A stretch of 64,000 bases of DNA, from assembly GCA_043778145.1 (NCBI GenBank), contig JAYWGR010000002.1:28519-92518 (forward strand). The letters are read 5' to 3'. Source of the stretch: Rhizobacter sp. (GTDB lineage Bacteria; Pseudomonadota; Gammaproteobacteria; Burkholderiales; Burkholderiaceae_C). Made by a program: the position numbers and the translations under genes. Every line of letters begins with the position of its first letter. Position 1 is the stretch's first letter. Below, piece by piece: positions 39,167 through 49,374 of this stretch. The notes beneath the pieces were generated by a model. The model saw only the letters and a program-made list of their open reading frames with translations. It had not been told where the DNA came from and made no database searches.

Positions 39167-39394
39167 TCAGTCCGCGATTTCTTCGGCGCTCAATTCAACG
39201 CTCAACTCGGCGCTCACGTCGAGCGACGCGTCATCGGGATCGGTGGGCGCCTGGCCGAGGATGGGCTTGTCGAGCGGGCGGCAGATGCGGCTGTGCAGGC
39301 TGCCAAGGCGCTCTGATTCGGCGATCGCCGCAAAGACTGCCTCTGGGTTCATCATCAACGCAAAGGGATTGGCTACGAGCTGTACTTGTTGCAT
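39167..39394 (-). CDS. small conserved-looking hypothetical protein with an acidic C-terminus (75 aa)
   Basis: The ATG at 39394 has a GGAG RBS. Translation is MQQVQLVANPFALMMNPEAVFAAIAESERLGSLHSR…. The longer TTG-initiated track ORF is less likely. Confidence 0.45.
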   Translation of the reverse strand: MQQVQLVANPFALMMNPEAVFAAIAESERLGSLHSRICRPLDKPILGQAPTDPDDASLDVSAELSVELSAEEIAD

Positions 39395-39545
39395 GACGAA
39401 GACTCCGGGTAGGGGGTAACGATGCAACCAACTCTAGGGCGACCGGCATTGGCGCGCAGTCGGGGTTCGGCCAAAGGCGATGTCGGCGCGCTTCCGACAA
39501 ACGCTGTCAGCGCGTCAGGCCGCGCTGAGGTGCAGGCGCCCTGCT

Positions 39546-40211
39546 TCAGCGGCTCCCGGCGTCGAGCTGCTTGGCCAAGCTGGCGCGTTCGGCTTTGCGC
39601 GCGAAGTCTGCGGCGCTCAAGCCGAGCTGATTGCGCAGCTTCGCATCAGCGCCGCCTGCGAGCAGCGCCTTGACGCTGTCTTCGCTGCCGTATTGCGCCG
39701 CCATCATCAGCGGCGTCGTGCCGTTGGGTGAGCCTGCATTGACCGCTGCGCCGCGCCCGAGCAAGAGCACAACGAGCTTGGGCTCGGGGCCGCTGGCCGC
39801 GTAATGCAGCGCTGACCAACCCGGCTGGTTGACCTTGGCGCCGCGATCGAGGAGCAGGCTTGCGGCTTTCAGATCACCCTTGATTGCCGCCAACATCAGG
39901 GCCGATTCACCGGCTGGATTGAGCGCATCGAGCTCGATGCCGGGTTGCTCGGCGAGCGTGCGCAAGACTTTGCTCGATTGCTCGCGCGCTGCGATGAGCA
40001 GGCCCGGCTCGCCCTTGGGATCGCGCGAGTTGGGATCGAAACCGCGCTTGATCAGCGAATCGACTTGGTCGCTGCGGTCATTGCGAACCGCGACGAAAAA
40101 ATCATCGTAGGAGCCGGCGAAAGCTGGCAACGAAGCCAACGCCAAGACGCAGGACAGGCCCAACGCCAGCGCAGCCGTTGCCACTGATTTAACGTGTTGT
40201 GTGAGCGACAT
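39546..40211 (-). CDS. secreted ankyrin-repeat protein
   Basis: The signal peptide (…ALALGLSCVLALASLPAFAG) is followed by 4-5 ankyrin repeats (…GESALMLAAIKGDLKAASLLLDRGAKVN…GWSALHYAA…GTTPLMMAAQYGSEDSVKALLAGGAD…). Confidence 0.8.
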   Translation of the reverse strand: MSLTQHVKSVATAALALGLSCVLALASLPAFAGSYDDFFVAVRNDRSDQVDSLIKRGFDPNSRDPKGEPGLLIAAREQSSKVLRTLAEQPGIELDALNPAGESALMLAAIKGDLKAASLLLDRGAKVNQPGWSALHYAASGPEPKLVVLLLGRGAAVNAGSPNGTTPLMMAAQYGSEDSVKALLAGGADAKLRNQLGLSAADFARKAERASLAKQLDAGSR

Positions 40212-40222
40212 GGCGCCTCTCC

Positions 40223-41014
40223 TCAAACGGTGGTTCTGTTGAACAAACATTCGAAATTGCGTGAGGTCGCCTCGCCGATGGCCTCGACAGTCACGCCCTT
40301 CAACGCTGCAATTTGATGCGCAACATGGGGCACATAGGCGGGGCTGTTGGTCTTGCCACGAAAGGGCACGGGCGCGAGGTAGGGGCTGTCGGTCTCGATC
40401 AAGCAGCGGTCGAGTGGCACGAAGCGGGCAACCTCGCGCAAGTCGGCAGCGGTCTTGAAGGTCAAGATGCCGGAGAAAGAGATGTAGAAGCCGAGATCGA
40501 GCGCAGCGCGCGCCACAGCCTCGGTTTCGGTGAAGCAGTGGAAGACGCCACCGGGGCCATTTGCCGCGTCGGCGCCCTCCTCTGCCAGGAGCCGCAAGGT
40601 GTCGTCAGATGCGCTGCGCGTGTGGATCACCAGAGGCAACCCGCTCGCCTTCGATGCTCTGATGTGCACTCGAAAGCGCTCGCGCTGCCAGGCCATCTCG
40701 TCAATGCTTCGGCCGTTGAGGCGAAAGTAGTCGAGCCCTGTCTCGCCAATGGCAACGACCTTGGGCTTGGCCGCGAGTGCCAGCAAATTGTCGAGGCTGG
40801 GCTCGCGCACGCCTTCGTTGTCCGGGTGAACGCCGGCACTGCACCAAAAGTTCTCGTAGGTGGTGGCCAGCGCATGGACGGCATCGAACTCTTCGAGCGT
40901 GGTGCAAATGCAGAGTGCGCGGTCGACTTGCGCCTCGGCCATCGCTGCTCGAATTTCAGGCAAGCGCGCCGCGAGTTCGGGAAAGCTCAGGTGACAGTGG
41001 GAATCTACAAACAT
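40223..41014 (-). CDS. tatD: TatD-family metal-dependent DNase/hydrolase
   Basis: Starts MFVDSHCHL, has …AIGETGLDY… and 263 aa. TatD/YcfH signature. Confidence 0.85.
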   Translation of the reverse strand: MFVDSHCHLSFPELAARLPEIRAAMAEAQVDRALCICTTLEEFDAVHALATTYENFWCSAGVHPDNEGVREPSLDNLLALAAKPKVVAIGETGLDYFRLNGRSIDEMAWQRERFRVHIRASKASGLPLVIHTRSASDDTLRLLAEEGADAANGPGGVFHCFTETEAVARAALDLGFYISFSGILTFKTAADLREVARFVPLDRCLIETDSPYLAPVPFRGKTNSPAYVPHVAHQIAALKGVTVEAIGEATSRNFECLFNRTTV

Positions 41015-41042
41015 GCGGCCATGGCGCAGAGGCGACTGCGCT

Positions 41043-41438
41043 TCAAATTGTTTGTGTGGGCTTGGCCGAAGCGATCTGGGTGCCGAGCAGTTCCTCGATC
41101 TTGAGTTTCAGGCCGCGCGTTTTTTCGTCGGCCGGAAACCGCACACCCACACCTTGCGTGCGGCCGCCCGAGGCGTTGGGCGGTGTGATCCAGCCGACCT
41201 TGCCGGCCACCGGATAACGCTGAGGATCGTCGGGCAACGAGAGCAGCAAGTAGATGTCTTCGCCGAGCTTGTAGTCGCGTGTGGTCGGCACAAACAGACC
41301 GCCATCGGTGAAGACCGGCATGTAGGCCGCATAGAGCGCGCCCTTCTCGCGAAACACGAGCTGGATCACGCTCGGGCGTGTCGCCGCCACTGCAGTTGGC
41401 AAGCCCGCTGCAGCACTGCGGGCGATGGGTTCATTCAT
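41043..41438 (-). CDS. pilZ: PilZ-domain protein (type IV pilus assembly PilZ-like)
   Basis: 131 aa. Sits in the conserved holB-pilZ-tatD arrangement and carries PilZ-type motifs (…VIQLVFREKGALYAAYMPVF…GGLFV…). Confidence 0.75.
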   Translation of the reverse strand: MNEPIARSAAAGLPTAVAATRPSVIQLVFREKGALYAAYMPVFTDGGLFVPTTRDYKLGEDIYLLLSLPDDPQRYPVAGKVGWITPPNASGGRTQGVGVRFPADEKTRGLKLKIEELLGTQIASAKPTQTI

Positions 41439-42499
41439 GCAGCCGAGTGTATCGAAGCGGTTTTTGGCGAGCGCCCTGGGCCGGCCCTCGGCGCCAAAGC
41501 CACTTTGGCCTGCTGCATGAGCGACTCAACCACCAAGCCGAGATTGAATGGATGCTCGGCGTGGCGGGCAATGCGTTGCAGCTCGCGGTGCCACGCGCCG
41601 AGTGCGTCAGGTGCACCGAAAGCAGTGAGGCTCTTTAGCGGGAAGTAGCGTGGCGCTGCACCCACGGCGAGGCACATCGCGTCGTGGCAAATCTTCTGCA
41701 GCGCATCGACGACACGCGGCAGCGGCCACGCTGCCACCGCGCTGGCATCACCGCGGGCCACGCGCGCCGGCAAGGCGACCCATGAGGCTGCGTCGATGCC
41801 TTGTTGCGTCCACTCGAGGGCTTCGAGCGGTTGCCCGCCTGCCGCTGCGAGCATCACCTCAGCGTTGGCAACGCCTTTTTGGACGAGCCATGCAGTGGCG
41901 ACATCAACTGCCGGCAAGCCCATGGCGATCGCTTGGCAGCGGCTGCGGATCGTCGGCAGCAGGGCCTCGGGCGCGGCGCAGCCGAGCACGAAGCGGGCGT
42001 TGCCGGGCGGCTCTTCGAGCGTCTTGAGCAAGGTGTTGGCAGCAACACCATTCATGCGCTCGGCCGGGTGCAGCACGACCACCTTGCCGCGCCCGCGTGC
42101 CGAAGTGGTCTGCGCGAACACGACCGCTTGCCGCACGGCTTCAACCTTGATCTCCTTGCTCGGCTTGGCTTTGCCTTTGCTCTCGGCTGCAGAGTCGTCG
42201 TTGCCAGATGACTCCCAACCCAGCGCCTCGCGCAGGGCCTCGGGCAGCAGCACGAGCAGGTCAGGATGGGAATGCGCGCTGACGAGCCGGCAACTCGCAC
42301 AAGCGCCACAAGGCCGATCCGTTGACGGCGACTGTGCTGCCTCGCAGAGCCAAGCCTGGGCCAGCGTGAGCCCGAGCTCGAACTGGCCGACGCCTTGCGG
42401 CCCGTGCAGCAGCAAGGCATGAGCGCGCTGCGTTTGGAGCAGGTGTTGGAGCGGCGCGGCAAGCCACGGCAAGGCTTGGGCGGCATTCGGCGTCAGCAT
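41435..42499 (-). CDS. holB: DNA polymerase III subunit delta' (HolB)
   Basis: …[27 protein letters not shown]… has an AAA+-like P-loop lacking the canonical Lys and a Zn-module CGACASC. Start chosen at the second Met, 42499. The stop overlaps the pilZ start in an ATGA. Confidence 0.85.
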   Translation of the reverse strand: MLTPNAAQALPWLAAPLQHLLQTQRAHALLLHGPQGVGQFELGLTLAQAWLCEAAQSPSTDRPCGACASCRLVSAHSHPDLLVLLPEALREALGWESSGNDDSAAESKGKAKPSKEIKVEAVRQAVVFAQTTSARGRGKVVVLHPAERMNGVAANTLLKTLEEPPGNARFVLGCAAPEALLPTIRSRCQAIAMGLPAVDVATAWLVQKGVANAEVMLAAAGGQPLEALEWTQQGIDAASWVALPARVARGDASAVAAWPLPRVVDALQKICHDAMCLAVGAAPRYFPLKSLTAFGAPDALGAWHRELQRIARHAEHPFNLGLVVESLMQQAKVALAPRAGPGRSPKTASIHSAA

Positions 42500-43110
42500 C
42501 CACGCGCCTCCAGCACGGCGGCAATTTGTTGCCAAACTGCATCGCGATTCTGGGCTGCATCGATTCGCGCGAAACGCTCCGGCGCCGCATCGGCCCGCGC
42601 GCGGTAGGCATCACGCACGCGCTCGAAAAACGGCAAGTCTTGCTGCTCAAAGCGATCAGCCTCGCGAGCCTGCGCGCGGCGCTCGGCGGCCATGTGCGCG
42701 GGCAGATCGAACCAGATCGTCAAATCGGGTTGCAGGCCGGCAAGCACATCAGCCTCGAGCCGAAGCAACCAACCGACATCGACGCCGCGGCCGCCGCCTT
42801 GGTAGGCGAAGGTGGCGTCAGTGAAGCGGTCACACAACACGGTGTCGCCACGCGCGAGCGCGGGGGCGATCAGCGTCTGAAGGTGATCGCGCCGCGCGGC
42901 GAAGACGAGCAGGGTTTCGGTGGTTGAGTCCATGGCTTGGCCAAGGAGCAATGCGCGCAGTTGCTCCGCAAGCGGTGTGCCGCCCGGCTCGCGGGTGGAG
43001 ACGACGCTTCGTCCACCGAACCGCAAATGTGAGGCGATGGCATCGAGGTGCGTGGATTTGCCCGCGCCGTCGATGCCTTCAATGGTGATGAATCGTCCGC
43101 GCAGCGTCAT
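42493..43110 (-). CDS. tmk: thymidylate kinase
   Basis: Starts [21 protein letters not shown]…. [15 protein letters not shown] motifs. 205 aa. The track ORF has a spurious N-terminal extension. Confidence 0.9.
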   Translation of the reverse strand: MTLRGRFITIEGIDGAGKSTHLDAIASHLRFGGRSVVSTREPGGTPLAEQLRALLLGQAMDSTTETLLVFAARRDHLQTLIAPALARGDTVLCDRFTDATFAYQGGGRGVDVGWLLRLEADVLAGLQPDLTIWFDLPAHMAAERRAQAREADRFEQQDLPFFERVRDAYRARADAAPERFARIDAAQNRDAVWQQIAAVLEARGC

Positions 43111-43126
43111 CGGTTCAGGGTGCTCA

Positions 43127-44146
43127 TCAAGGCTTGGCGCGCGCCGGGTTGCGCTGGTACTGGTTGACCGCGCGATTGTGATCGACCAAAGAGTCGCTGA
43201 ACTCGCTGCTGCCATCACCGCGCGCCACGAAGTAGAGCGCCTTCGTCGCCTCTGGCCGCACGGCGGCGACGAGTGCTGCCTTGCCAGGCATGGCGATGGG
43301 CGTGGGCGGCAGGCCAACGCGGGTGTAGGTGTTGTAGGGCGTGTCGGCGAGCAAATCGCGCTTGCGCAGGTTGCCGTCAAACGCATCGCCCAGGCCGTAG
43401 ATCACGCTCGGGTCGGTCTGCAGGGGCATGCCGATGCGCAGGCGGTTGATGAACACGCCAGCGATGCGGCCGCGGTCGCTGGCGGTGCCGGTTTCCTTCT
43501 CGACGATGGACGCAAGCGTGAGCGCTTCTTCCGCGTTTTTCAGCGGCAGATTGGGTGCGCGTTCGGCCCACGCTTCGGCAATGCGCTTGTCCATCGCGCG
43601 GTAAGCGCGCTTGAGTACGGCGAGGTCGGTGCTGCCTTTGCTGTAGGAGTAGGTGTCGGGGTGGAAGCGGCCCTCGGGCGAGATGCCGGGCGCCCCGAGC
43701 GCCGCCATCAGGGATGCGTCGCTCATCGACGCGGTCGTTGGCTTGAGGGCTTCCGCATGCGCGAGTTCAGCGCGGAATTGCTGAAAAGTCCAACCCTCGA
43801 TCAAACGCACGGTGGCCGATGTTTCATCGCCTCGCACCATTTTCTCGAGCAGCTTGATGGGCGTGTCACCGCGGCTCACTTCATAGCTGCCCGCACGAAT
43901 CTTGCGGGCCTGGCCTGACCAGCGGAACCATTCATAGAGCAGCAACGGCGAGGTCTGCACGCCGCCTTGAACCCAAGCTTGCGCGATGTCTCGCGGTGCG
44001 GTGCCCAGCTCGATCGACACCTCAACCGAATCGGTGCTCAAGCGCAGCGGCTGATGCAGCCACGACCAGGCCGCGAATGCGATGCCAGCGGCGATCAGCA
44101 GCAGCCCGATTGCCACCTTGGGCACGGAAAAGCGCCACTGCTTCAT
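43127..44146 (-). CDS. mltG: endolytic murein transglycosylase MltG (YceG family)
   Basis: N-terminal TM segment followed by a YceG domain (…[11 protein letters not shown]…, …ASIVEKETG…, …[10 protein letters not shown]…). Confidence 0.9.
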   Translation of the reverse strand: MKQWRFSVPKVAIGLLLIAAGIAFAAWSWLHQPLRLSTDSVEVSIELGTAPRDIAQAWVQGGVQTSPLLLYEWFRWSGQARKIRAGSYEVSRGDTPIKLLEKMVRGDETSATVRLIEGWTFQQFRAELAHAEALKPTTASMSDASLMAALGAPGISPEGRFHPDTYSYSKGSTDLAVLKRAYRAMDKRIAEAWAERAPNLPLKNAEEALTLASIVEKETGTASDRGRIAGVFINRLRIGMPLQTDPSVIYGLGDAFDGNLRKRDLLADTPYNTYTRVGLPPTPIAMPGKAALVAAVRPEATKALYFVARGDGSSEFSDSLVDHNRAVNQYQRNPARAKP

Positions 44147-44194
44147 CCGTGATGAGCGCGGCTCTCGCGCCCTGACCCCAATGCGGTAACACCC

Positions 44195-45151
44195 ATGGCG
44201 GCTGATGATAATGGGGCGATGAACCCGCCCTCACCCATCGCCGGAACCGTGCCCCTTGCCCACCTTGGGTTGATCCGCGCCCGCGGCGCCGATGCGCCAA
44301 GCTTCCTGCAAGGCCAATTGACGAACGACGTTGCCTCGCTTACACCCGATCGTGCCCGCCTCGCTGGCTTCTGCTCTGCCAAGGGTCGACTGCAAGCGAG
44401 CTTCGTGGTTTGCCGTTTGGCGGCCGACGAGTTTTTGCTGGTCTGCGCAGCAAGTGTGTTGCCGGCCACGTTGAAACGCTTGTCGATGTTCGTGATGCGC
44501 GCTCAATGCAAACTCAGCGACGCCTCAGCGGAACTCCCGCTGATGGGCATCGCCGGGCCTGCGGTCAATGCCCTGCTTGGCGATGCCGCGGCGTGGTCGG
44601 TGTCTCAGGTCGACGGCGCCGTGCTGATCCGCCTGCCTGATGTTGACGGCGTCCCGCGCGCGTTGCGGCTGGGTACACCGAGTGCCGATCATGGCTTGCA
44701 GGCGATCTCTCTCGACGAGTGGCGCGCACTTGAAGTTCGCAGTGGCTTGGCGCTGATCGACGCGGCAACGGTCGATCACTTTGTGCCGCAGATGCTCAAC
44801 TACGAGCTCGTGGGCGGCGTCGACTTCAAAAAGGGCTGTTACCCGGGGCAGGAAATCGTCGCGCGCAGCCAGTATCGCGGCACGATCAAGCGGCGCATGT
44901 TCTTGTTCGAGACGGATGCCGTCGCTGCGGCGGGGCAAGAGGTATTCCACAGCGCCGATGCCGACCAGCCGGCCGGCATGGTTGTGAATGCGGCGCCGCT
45001 TTTCGTTGGCACCGGCAGCGTGGCGCTCGTGGAGGTCAAGTGGGCCATGCTCGAGGGTGGCTCGCTGCATCTCGTGGCGCCGGGCGGCGCCGTGCTGCGG
45101 CGCGTCGCCCTGCCCTACGACGTACCGCTCGAGGCTGCGCCAGAGCGCTGA
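44195..45151 (+). CDS. ygfZ: folate-binding Fe-S cluster repair/tRNA-modification protein YgfZ (GcvT-like)
   Basis: Conserved C-terminal KGCYPGQEIVARSQYRG motif and N-terminal …HLGLIRARGADAPSFLQGQLTNDV…. Confidence 0.8.
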   Translation: MAADDNGAMNPPSPIAGTVPLAHLGLIRARGADAPSFLQGQLTNDVASLTPDRARLAGFCSAKGRLQASFVVCRLAADEFLLVCAASVLPATLKRLSMFVMRAQCKLSDASAELPLMGIAGPAVNALLGDAAAWSVSQVDGAVLIRLPDVDGVPRALRLGTPSADHGLQAISLDEWRALEVRSGLALIDAATVDHFVPQMLNYELVGGVDFKKGCYPGQEIVARSQYRGTIKRRMFLFETDAVAAAGQEVFHSADADQPAGMVVNAAPLFVGTGSVALVEVKWAMLEGGSLHLVAPGGAVLRRVALPYDVPLEAAPER

Positions 45152-45278
45152 GAGTGCCGCCCCTGACGGGGTGTTGAGGAAACTTCGGGCGGCCGTGAGG
45201 CTCCTCTTCGGGCACGCCACACAGGTTCTGCGGCAACAGTTCACGGGCCCTTTTCGAGTGCTTCCTTCGAGGTCAGCG

Positions 45279-45599
45279 ATGCGCGAAGTGTTCATCTACT
45301 ATCGAATTCCAATGAACCAGATCGAGATGGCACAGCGCGAGATCCGGGCATTTCAAGCCCGCATGGTTGCAATGTTTCCAGGCCTCATCGCTCGCTTGCT
45401 ACAGCGTGCAGATAGCGCCGATGGTGAACACCAAACCTGGATGGAGCACTACCGAATCGATGCTGTTGACTCGACGAGCAGCGAGCCCGGATTGACGCCC
45501 GAGATCCAGGCCCGCATCGAGCATGACGCCACAGCGCAGTTGTCGCGCTGGATCGCCGGCCCCCGGCATACCGAAGTGTTCATCCCATGTGCCTCGTAG
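45279..45599 (+). CDS. hypothetical protein (106 aa), DUF4936-like small cytoplasmic protein
   Basis: Coherent ORF starting MREVFIYYRIPMNQIEMAQREIRAFQARM…. The longer track ORF from 44988 overlaps ygfZ in another frame and is rejected. Confidence 0.45.
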   Translation: MREVFIYYRIPMNQIEMAQREIRAFQARMVAMFPGLIARLLQRADSADGEHQTWMEHYRIDAVDSTSSEPGLTPEIQARIEHDATAQLSRWIAGPRHTEVFIPCAS

Positions 45600-46495
45600 C
45601 TCTGGCTCTCGCTCAATCGCGCCGCTTTCCGCTGGTCATTGCCGCGAATCGGGACGAGTTCTTCGATCGCCCTGCCGCGCGTCTGTCGTGGTGGACGCCG
45701 CCTTGCGGAGAAGCCGCGATCCTCAGCGGCCGCGATCTCGATTCCGGCGGCACCTGGATGGGCCTGACAGCGCACGGCCGATTGGGCGTGATCACCAACA
45801 TCCGTGAGTCGGCTGCGGCAGATCCCGAAGCGCCCTCGCGCGGCCACATCATCACCGACTGGCTGCGGGCCAAAGGCCAGCATGATCGCTTCTGGATGCG
45901 CACTGCACTCTCCGGCTACAAAGGCTTCAACCTGATTGCAGCTGATTTCGCGAGCGGCCAATGCTTTTGGGCATCCAATCGCGGCGCCTTGCCGCAACGG
46001 CTTGAGCCGGGCCTCTACGGCATCTCGAATGCCGCCCTTGACACGCCCTGGCCCAAGGTGCGGGCATTGAAATCTCGTTTGCACACAGCGCTCAACAGCG
46101 CCCACGCCGTCGACGATCTGGCAACGCGCCTTTTCGCGGCGCTGGCCGACCGCAACGCTCCCGCAGATGCCGATCTGCCCTCCACCGGCGTTCCGCTCGA
46201 ACTCGAACGCGCCCTTGCGTCCGCATTCGTCCACACCGCCGATGGCCGCTACGGCACCCGCTGCTCCACAGTGCTCATCACGGAAGCGATTGGCCGCCAT
46301 CAGCTCACTCACGTGATCGAGCGCAGCTTTGCGCCCGATGGCAGCGCCACCCTGCAGCGCAGCGCGCAACTGCGCGGCTGGCCACTGCAAAACTTCGATG
46401 GGAGCATCTCGCCGGCGTTGATGCTGGAGACGAGCCCAGTCTCCGAAATCGATCTCAGCGGAGAAACGCTGAGCGAGCTCGGTTTGACCGCTTGA
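45587..46495 (+). CDS. NRDE-family protein (TANGO2-like, DUF833)
   Basis: Starts MCLVALAL…PLVIAANRDEFFDRP…GGTWMG…GVITNIRE. Confidence 0.75.
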   Translation: MCLVALALAQSRRFPLVIAANRDEFFDRPAARLSWWTPPCGEAAILSGRDLDSGGTWMGLTAHGRLGVITNIRESAAADPEAPSRGHIITDWLRAKGQHDRFWMRTALSGYKGFNLIAADFASGQCFWASNRGALPQRLEPGLYGISNAALDTPWPKVRALKSRLHTALNSAHAVDDLATRLFAALADRNAPADADLPSTGVPLELERALASAFVHTADGRYGTRCSTVLITEAIGRHQLTHVIERSFAPDGSATLQRSAQLRGWPLQNFDGSISPALMLETSPVSEIDLSGETLSELGLTA

Positions 46496-46518
46496 TCGCT
46501 TGACCGCCTGACCGGCGA

Positions 46519-47379
46519 TCAAAGCGCCTTCGTCATCTCGACGTGGGCAATCCCGGCTTCGTCAAACGACGGGCCGTTCTGCACGAAGCCAGCGCGCCGA
46601 TAGAACGCCTCCGCGCTCGTCTGTGCATGGAGCACGGCTTGCAGGTCACCACGTTCCTTGGCGGACTGCAGCAGGGCGTCGAGCACGCGCTGGCCGATGC
46701 CGCTGCCGCGCAAGGTCTGTGACACGGCCATGCGCCCGATCCGCGCGACGCCTGGGGCGTAATCCACCAAACGGCCCGTTGCGAGCGGCAAGCCGAAGCG
46801 ATTGAAAGCGACTGCATGCAGATTGCCTGCATCGGCATCGTCCCACTCAAGTTCGACGGGAATTTGCTGTTCCTCGACGAACACTTGCCGTCGAATCTGT
46901 GCCGCCGGCTCTTGCAATTCAGCCCAGGAGCCCACGCGGACCTTGACCATCGATTTGCCCGCCTCGAACGCAGCAAGCACGTCGCGCAGCGTCTGTGGAA
47001 CCGGGCGCGGCTTCTGCGTCAGCGGATCGGCGAAAACGTAGACGAGTTCGCCTGTGACGAGCAATCGACCCTGCCGATACGCCGCAGCATGAAAGACGAT
47101 CGACGAGTTGCCGACGCGAGCAGATCGCAAGCCGATATCGAGCAGATCGTCATAGCGCGCAGACGCGAGGTACTCCACCGTGGCTTTGCGCACGAAGAGA
47201 TCGCCCTCAAGCTGCGCCATCGTCTCAGCGTACGGCATGGCGAGTGCGCGCCAGTAGCCGGCCATGGCGGTATCGAAATAGGTCAGGTAGTGGCCATTGA
47301 AGACGATCTTTTGCGCGTCGATCTCTGACCAGCGCACGCGCAGGCGCTCAAAAAAACGGTAGTCACTTCGGTTGGTCAT
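46519..47379 (-). CDS. fusion of an acyl-CoA thioesterase (4HBT/YbgC-like hot-dog) N-terminal domain and a GNAT N-acetyltransferase C-terminal domain
   Basis: N-terminal …YRFFERLRVRWSEIDAQKIVFNGHYLTYFDTAMAGYW… is the hot-dog part. C-terminal …RQVFVEEQQIPVELEWDD…ARIGRMAVSQTLRGSGIGQRVLDALLQSAKERG… carries the GNAT motif A. Confidence 0.75.
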   Translation of the reverse strand: MTNRSDYRFFERLRVRWSEIDAQKIVFNGHYLTYFDTAMAGYWRALAMPYAETMAQLEGDLFVRKATVEYLASARYDDLLDIGLRSARVGNSSIVFHAAAYRQGRLLVTGELVYVFADPLTQKPRPVPQTLRDVLAAFEAGKSMVKVRVGSWAELQEPAAQIRRQVFVEEQQIPVELEWDDADAGNLHAVAFNRFGLPLATGRLVDYAPGVARIGRMAVSQTLRGSGIGQRVLDALLQSAKERGDLQAVLHAQTSAEAFYRRAGFVQNGPSFDEAGIAHVEMTKAL

Positions 47380-48311
47380 GTGAATGCTTCTTTCAATGCT
47401 GCGGCAATCAGATCGAGGGCCGCATGAGCCTCGGGCAAGGCTCTGCCCATCTTGATGAAATCGTGGGTCACGCCGCGGTAGAGCTCGAAGTTGATCGGCA
47501 CATTGGCCGCGCGCAGCCGGTCCGCGTAGGCCACACCTTCGTCGACCAGCGGGTCGCATTCAGCCAGCACGATGCAAGCCGGCGCAAGGCCTTCGAGGTC
47601 ATCGGCCAGCAGCGGAGCGAAGCGCCAGTCATTGCGGTCGACCTCGTCAATGTAGTGATCGAAAAACCATTTGATGCCTTCGGCTTCCAGCAGATAGCCA
47701 CTTGCGAAGCGCGCGTGCGAGTCGGTATCGGCATGTGCCGTTGTGCCGGGCGTGATGAGCACTTGCAAGCGAAGCGCAAGGCCAATGTCGCGCGCGTGGA
47801 TGGCGCATACCGCAGCGAGCGTGCCACCGGCGCTGTCGCCGCCAACGGCGAGGCGTGAGGTATCGATCCCAAGGCGGCTGCCCTCGCCGGCCAACCATCG
47901 CATGGCGGCCCAGGCGTCTTCTACCGCGCAGGGGAAGCGGTGCTCGGGCGCAAGCCGATAGTCGATTGCGACCACAGCTGATCCGCTGCGCAAGGCGAGC
48001 TGGCGGCAAAGGCCGTCGTGCGTCTCAAGGCCACCGATCGTGAAGCCGCCGCCGTGCAAGTAGAGCAAGGTGCCGCGCGCCGATTGACCTGATACATAAA
48101 GCCGTGCGGACAGAGGCGTAGCGTCTGCGGCGGGAATGTGCAGGTCTTCCACGCGCGCCACTGCGGCACGTGGCGGCTCGAGGATCTCGGCAGCCGCCAC
48201 GTAGGCGATGCGCGCGTCTTCCACACGCATGGCATAAAACGGTGGGCGCCCGGCGCGCCGGATTTTTTCTAGCACCACCGCCATCTGCGGCGTCAAAGAA
48301 GCCGTTGTCAC
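47376..48311 (-). CDS. alpha/beta-hydrolase (hormone-sensitive-lipase-like esterase/lipase)
   Basis: Oxyanion-hole HGGGF, nucleophile elbow GDSAGG, and a C-terminal …DPLVDEG…HDF… segment. Its stop overlaps the downstream gene start in an ATGA. Confidence 0.8.
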   Translation of the reverse strand: MTTASLTPQMAVVLEKIRRAGRPPFYAMRVEDARIAYVAAAEILEPPRAAVARVEDLHIPAADATPLSARLYVSGQSARGTLLYLHGGGFTIGGLETHDGLCRQLALRSGSAVVAIDYRLAPEHRFPCAVEDAWAAMRWLAGEGSRLGIDTSRLAVGGDSAGGTLAAVCAIHARDIGLALRLQVLITPGTTAHADTDSHARFASGYLLEAEGIKWFFDHYIDEVDRNDWRFAPLLADDLEGLAPACIVLAECDPLVDEGVAYADRLRAANVPINFELYRGVTHDFIKMGRALPEAHAALDLIAAALKEAFT

Positions 48312-48316
48312 GCGGG

Positions 48317-49351
48317 CTAGAAAATCGAATCGCGATCGACGCCGTCACGCAGCATTCGGCGCTTGAGCTTCAACAGCGCCTCTTGCTGAATCTGGCGGAT
48401 GCGCTCGCGAGTCAAGTTCAGGCGATCGGCCAGCACCTCCAGCGTTTCTGGTTCGCGGTCACCGAGGCCGAAGCGGCCAGCAACGATCTCGCGCTCGCGT
48501 TCATTGAGCTGGTCAAGGCCGTGGTGCAACAGCAGTTCGAGCTCGTGCGTGAGCATCTGACTCATCGGGTCCGACGCGCCGTCGTCGGCGACACCGTCCA
48601 TCAGCGACTCGGCGCCCGCATCGCCTTGGCGATCGACCGGCGCATCGAGCGAGGTTGGCTGCTCGGCGAATTTGAGCAAGTCGCTGACTTCCTGTACTGG
48701 CCGGCCAACAGCTGCAGCAACTTCTTCCACGCGCACCGGCCTGTCGCTGTGGCCTGCGCTGGCCGATGCAGCTTCGAGAGCGCGCCGCGCTTTGAGCACC
48801 TGGTTCAATTCGCGCACCACATGCACGGGCAGCCGCACGAGCCGGGCTTGATGCATCAGCCCGCGCTCGATGCTTTGGCGTATCCACCACGAGGCGTAAG
48901 TCGAGAAACGAAAGCCGCGCTCGGGCTCGAACTTGCCGATCGAATGCATCAGGCCAAGATTGCCCTCTTCGATCAAGTCGGTCATCGGCAAGCCGCGGCC
49001 GAGGTAGTTCTTTGCGATGCTCACCACGAGCCGCAGGTTGTGCTCGATCATCGTTTGCCGCGCCGCAAAGTCGCCTTGCCTTGCTCGCACTGCGGTGTCG
49101 AACTCTTGCTGCGGCGTCAGCAGAGGCGCACGGCGAATATCGCGAAGATAAGTCTGCAAAGTGTTGCCGACTTCGCCGTCGCCGGCTGCGAGCTCTACGG
49201 CGATGCGCTCAGGGCGGCCGACGTCATCTGCGTCGTCTGAATCGTGAACGTCTTGTGCGGCGGGTGGGCCGTTGGCGGCACCATCGACCTCGGGCTTCTC
49301 GCCGTCAGCGCCAGGCGCAAGACCATCCAGGGGAATGCGCCGTTTGGCCAT
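48317..49351 (-). CDS. rpoS: RNA polymerase sigma factor RpoS (sigma-38)
   Basis: Sigma-70 regions 1.2-4 (…[19 protein letters not shown]…[34 protein letters not shown]…). It sits directly downstream of nlpD in the classic surE-pcm-nlpD-rpoS arrangement. Confidence 0.8.
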   Translation of the reverse strand: MAKRRIPLDGLAPGADGEKPEVDGAANGPPAAQDVHDSDDADDVGRPERIAVELAAGDGEVGNTLQTYLRDIRRAPLLTPQQEFDTAVRARQGDFAARQTMIEHNLRLVVSIAKNYLGRGLPMTDLIEEGNLGLMHSIGKFEPERGFRFSTYASWWIRQSIERGLMHQARLVRLPVHVVRELNQVLKARRALEAASASAGHSDRPVRVEEVAAAVGRPVQEVSDLLKFAEQPTSLDAPVDRQGDAGAESLMDGVADDGASDPMSQMLTHELELLLHHGLDQLNEREREIVAGRFGLGDREPETLEVLADRLNLTRERIRQIQQEALLKLKRRMLRDGVDRDSIF

Positions 49352-49374
49352 GGTCTTTGCGCTGCGTCACCGCG

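Noticed and set aside
42493-43386. 297-aa ORF (tmk with long N-terminal extension)
   Set aside because: Thymidylate kinase begins at MTLRG (43110). The extension overlaps mltG in another frame.
44988-45599. 203-aa ORF overlapping the 3' end of ygfZ
   Set aside because: Its N-terminal half overlaps ygfZ in another frame. Only the portion from the ATG at 45279 is plausible.
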